NCBI GenBank assembly: GCA_913047625.1
Contig: CAJWUJ010000002.1
Coordinates: 2,743 to 66,742, forward strand
Length of the DNA stretch: 64,000 nucleotides
Source of the DNA: an uncultured Dehalococcoidia bacterium
Lineage (GTDB): Bacteria > Chloroflexota > Dehalococcoidia > Lucifugimonadales > CAJWUJ01
Direction: 5' to 3'
The number at the start of each line of letters is the position of its first letter. Within the stretch, counting starts at the first letter, position 1. Both the position numbers and the translations under genes were made by a program. Shown here piece after piece: positions 61,855-64,000 of the stretch. The notes below the pieces were generated by a model that was not told the origin of the DNA, made no database searches, and worked only from the letters and a program-made list of their open reading frames with translations.

Positions 61855-64000
61855 TTAACTTACTGGGTTGAGTTCCCAGTAGATACGTTCAGGATTCATT
61901 GGCAATGAGCGAATTCGTTTGCCTGTAGCATTATAAATTGCATTGGCTAAGGCAGCTGCAGGAGGGATAATTGGAACTTGCCCGGCTCCACGGATACCGA
62001 AAGGATTTTCAGCAGATGCGATCTCAACTATATGAATATCGATAAAAGGAACATCGAGAGAAGTCATCATTCGATAGTCTAGAAGATTCGAGTTTTGGAG
62101 AGCTCCGTGTTTGTCAAAGATGTATTCTTCAGATAGAGCCCAGCCAATACCTTGAAGGGCACCCCCTTGGACTTGCCCTTCAAATTGACTTGGATTTACA
62201 GCGAATCCAGCGTCTTGAAATGCTGTGTATTGGAGAATGGATACTTTTCCTGTTTCAGAATCTACTTCAACATCTACTACATGACCCCCCGCTATAGGTG
62301 CTGGATTTCCTTCTGCTGAAGAACTCGCGTATGAAAATACGGGTTTCCCTACATGGAAGCTAAATGCCACTAATTCTGCCAAGGACAAGTGATTTGCAGC
62401 ACTAGACTGGTCGTAGTAGTAGTTGCGGTCTGAAACAATTTGATTCCGTTGAACCTGTAGTTTTAGGGCTGCTAAGTCAAGTAATTGATTTTTGATATTA
62501 GCGCATGCAGTTTGAATGGCACGACTCATATTAAAGGTAATTTTATCTCCATTGCTCGCGTCGCTGAACGGTATTGAGTCAGTATCTCCAGTTAAAACCC
62601 TGACTTCAGATGCCTCGATTCCTAGTTCTTCTGCTAGAATTTGGCTCATGCTGGTTCTTGTAGCTGAAAGATCAACTGTTCCCATGACAAGAGTAGCAGA
62701 CGCGTCCGCATTAAGCCGGATATGACAAGTGGTTGTTGCGGGACTTGCTGCCCAAAGGCCCATAGCTAATCCTCGCCCTCTGTTTTTCCCAGATAACTTG
62801 TTTTTCCAACACGGATGTTGCTGGATAATTTGAAGAGTTTCGGATAAACCCATTTTGGTTAAAATGGCACCCGTTGGCATGGGATCTCCTTCTTGGGAAC
62901 TGTTCCTTAGTCGGAAGTCTATTGGATCCATGCCCAGTTCTTCAGCTAGTTCATCTATAACGGATTCTACTGCAAAGCCAGTGGATGTTCCTCCTGGGGC
63001 TCTGTAATCTGCTACTCGAGGCTTATTGGTTACGACGTCAAAAGCGTCTATTCTTAAATTAGGTGTTTTGTACAGGGCATAGAGCCTTCTGATTGATGGG
63101 AATAAGGGAGCACCTGGAAAGGCTCCAGCATCATAAATCAACCGTGCTTCCACAGCTGTGATAATGCCATCTTTAGTTGATCCTACCTTTACGTTCATCA
63201 CGGTAGCACTACCTGGTCCAGTTGAAGTTAGCACCTCATCTCTCGATAAGGTAAGCTGCACCGGACGACCACTCTTCTTTGAAAGTAGTACGCAGAGAGG
63301 AGCGATTCGAGCATCTATTTTCCCCCCAAATGCACCACCTACCTCTGTAGGGATGACCCGGATTTTGCTTTCAGGAACATCAAGCAGTACAGCTAGTTCA
63401 TTGCGAAAAGGGAAAATACCTTGTGTGTTTGCCCATACAATGATTGTACCGTCTGGGCGGACATCTGCAGTTTCACTGTCAGGTTCTATATATCCTTGGT
63501 GAACAGTTTGGGTACGGTAGCTTCGTTCAACAACTACTTCGGCTCGGTTGAATCCTTCTCGGGTATCTCCTCGAACAAACTGCATATGGCGCGCTATATT
63601 GCTAGGGGATTTTGACGCTGGATCTGATTGTGCACACCCATAGACTTCGACGACTGTTGTGACGTCTTCATGCAGTATTGGGGCAGAAGTTAGCATACTT
63701 TCTTCTGGATCGAGGACTATTTCCAAGGGTTCATATTCTACTTCTATTGCACTGATTGCCTGTTGTGCTATGTCTGCTGTGTCTGCTGCGACGGCAGCAA
63801 CAGGATGCCCGTGAAATAGGACTTTGTCTCTAGCAAGAATAGTTTTGCTCCAATGATAAAGATTTGCTGGAGGAATACCAGAAGGTGCCTTGGCGCCTGG
63901 TTTCAGTTGGGGGAAATCCTTCCCTGTGATTATTGCTCTCACTCCTGGGATAGATTCAGCTTTACTGGTATCTATTTTCTTGATGTAGGCATGTGCAACA
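61855..64000 (-). CDS. Xanthine dehydrogenase / aldehyde oxidase / CoxL family molybdopterin-binding subunit (N-terminus beyond window end)
   Basis: YRTQTVHQGYIEPD, GGAFGGK and GIRGAGQVPIIPPAAALANAI motifs. The frame stays open upstream of the track's GVRAI start (…VAHAYIKKIDTSKAESIPGVRAIITGKDF), so the gene is truncated by the window edge. Confidence 0.85.
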   Translation of the reverse strand, partial: VAHAYIKKIDTSKAESIPGVRAIITGKDFPQLKPGAKAPSGIPPANLYHWSKTILARDKVLFHGHPVAAVAADTADIAQQAISAIEVEYEPLEIVLDPEESMLTSAPILHEDVTTVVEVYGCAQSDPASKSPSNIARHMQFVRGDTREGFNRAEVVVERSYRTQTVHQGYIEPDSETADVRPDGTIIVWANTQGIFPFRNELAVLLDVPESKIRVIPTEVGGAFGGKIDARIAPLCVLLSKKSGRPVQLTLSRDEVLTSTGPGSATVMNVKVGSTKDGIITAVEARLIYDAGAFPGAPLFPSIRRLYALYKTPNLRIDAFDVVTNKPRVADYRAPGGTSTGFAVESVIDELAEELGMDPIDFRLRNSSQEGDPMPTGAILTKMGLSETLQIIQQHPCWKNKLSGKNRGRGLAMGLWAASPATTTCHIRLNADASATLVMGTVDLSATRTSMSQILAEELGIEASEVRVLTGDTDSIPFSDASNGDKITFNMSRAIQTACANIKNQLLDLAALKLQVQRNQIVSDRNYYYDQSSAANHLSLAELVAFSFHVGKPVFSYASSSAEGNPAPIAGGHVVDVEVDSETGKVSILQYTAFQDAGFAVNPSQFEGQVQGGALQGIGWALSEEYIFDKHGALQNSNLLDYRMMTSLDVPFIDIHIVEIASAENPFGIRGAGQVPIIPPAAALANAIYNATGKRIRSLPMNPERIYWELNPVS

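Noticed and set aside
1-64000. CRISPR arrays, transposons, prophage or defence-system genes
   Set aside because: I saw no regularly spaced direct repeats, no transposase, integrase, Cas, restriction or toxin-like ORFs, and no long terminal inverted repeats while reading the window. This is a visual scan, not an exhaustive computation.

Overview
This 64-kb window is gene-dense chromosomal DNA. I call about 61 protein-coding genes, including one unlisted small ORF and two genes cut by the window edges, plus one tRNA-Asn(GUU). I see no rRNA, CRISPR array, transposase, integrase or phage genes, and no long repeats. Most genes encode soluble catabolic enzymes, often as paralog sets. These include 4 classical SDRs plus FabI, 3 DAO-type FAD oxidoreductases, 2 hydantoinase-B/oxoprolinase-B proteins and 2 crotonases. 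There are also 2 amidohydrolase-2 proteins, 2 ACC-deaminase/D-cysteine-desulfhydrase-like PLP enzymes, a luciferase-like (LLM) oxidoreductase and a deazaflavin (Ddn/DUF385)-type protein. Further enzymes are a family III CoA-transferase, an amidase, a gamma-glutamyltransferase and a molybdopterin (XDH/CoxL-type) subunit. Transporters are a Liv-type ABC system, a TRAP QM pair and 2 MFS proteins. A short housekeeping stretch carries hisH-hisA, a PduO-type cobalamin adenosyltransferase, iscA-ygfZ-fabI and a LON N-domain protein. By inference only, the enzyme mix and AT-leaning composition resemble a marine oligotrophic heterotroph such as SAR202-type Chloroflexota or an actinobacterial lineage. 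No recognisable defence or mobile system is present. The items most worth follow-up are: (1) two hyuB genes with no hyuA in 64 kb, one in an apparent operon with a sarcosine-oxidase-like flavoenzyme and a signal-peptide-less GGT; (2) a citrate-synthase/PrpF/short-aconitase operon coupled to a MetE-like protein and a threonine-aldolase-like PLP enzyme, with prpF apparently needing an ATT start; (3) an M19 'dipeptidase' that has lost three of five zinc ligands, sitting behind a tandem-palindrome operator; (4) a DUF805-like::DctQ fusion in a TRAP system with no DctP; (5) a fused LivH-LivM permease; (6) split ComD/ComE-type TPP decarboxylase genes next to a D-aminoacylase and the Liv importer; (7) a recurring theme of D-amino-acid and beta-hydroxy-amino-acid enzymes. 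All family assignments rest on motif recognition from the translated ORFs. No database search was run.
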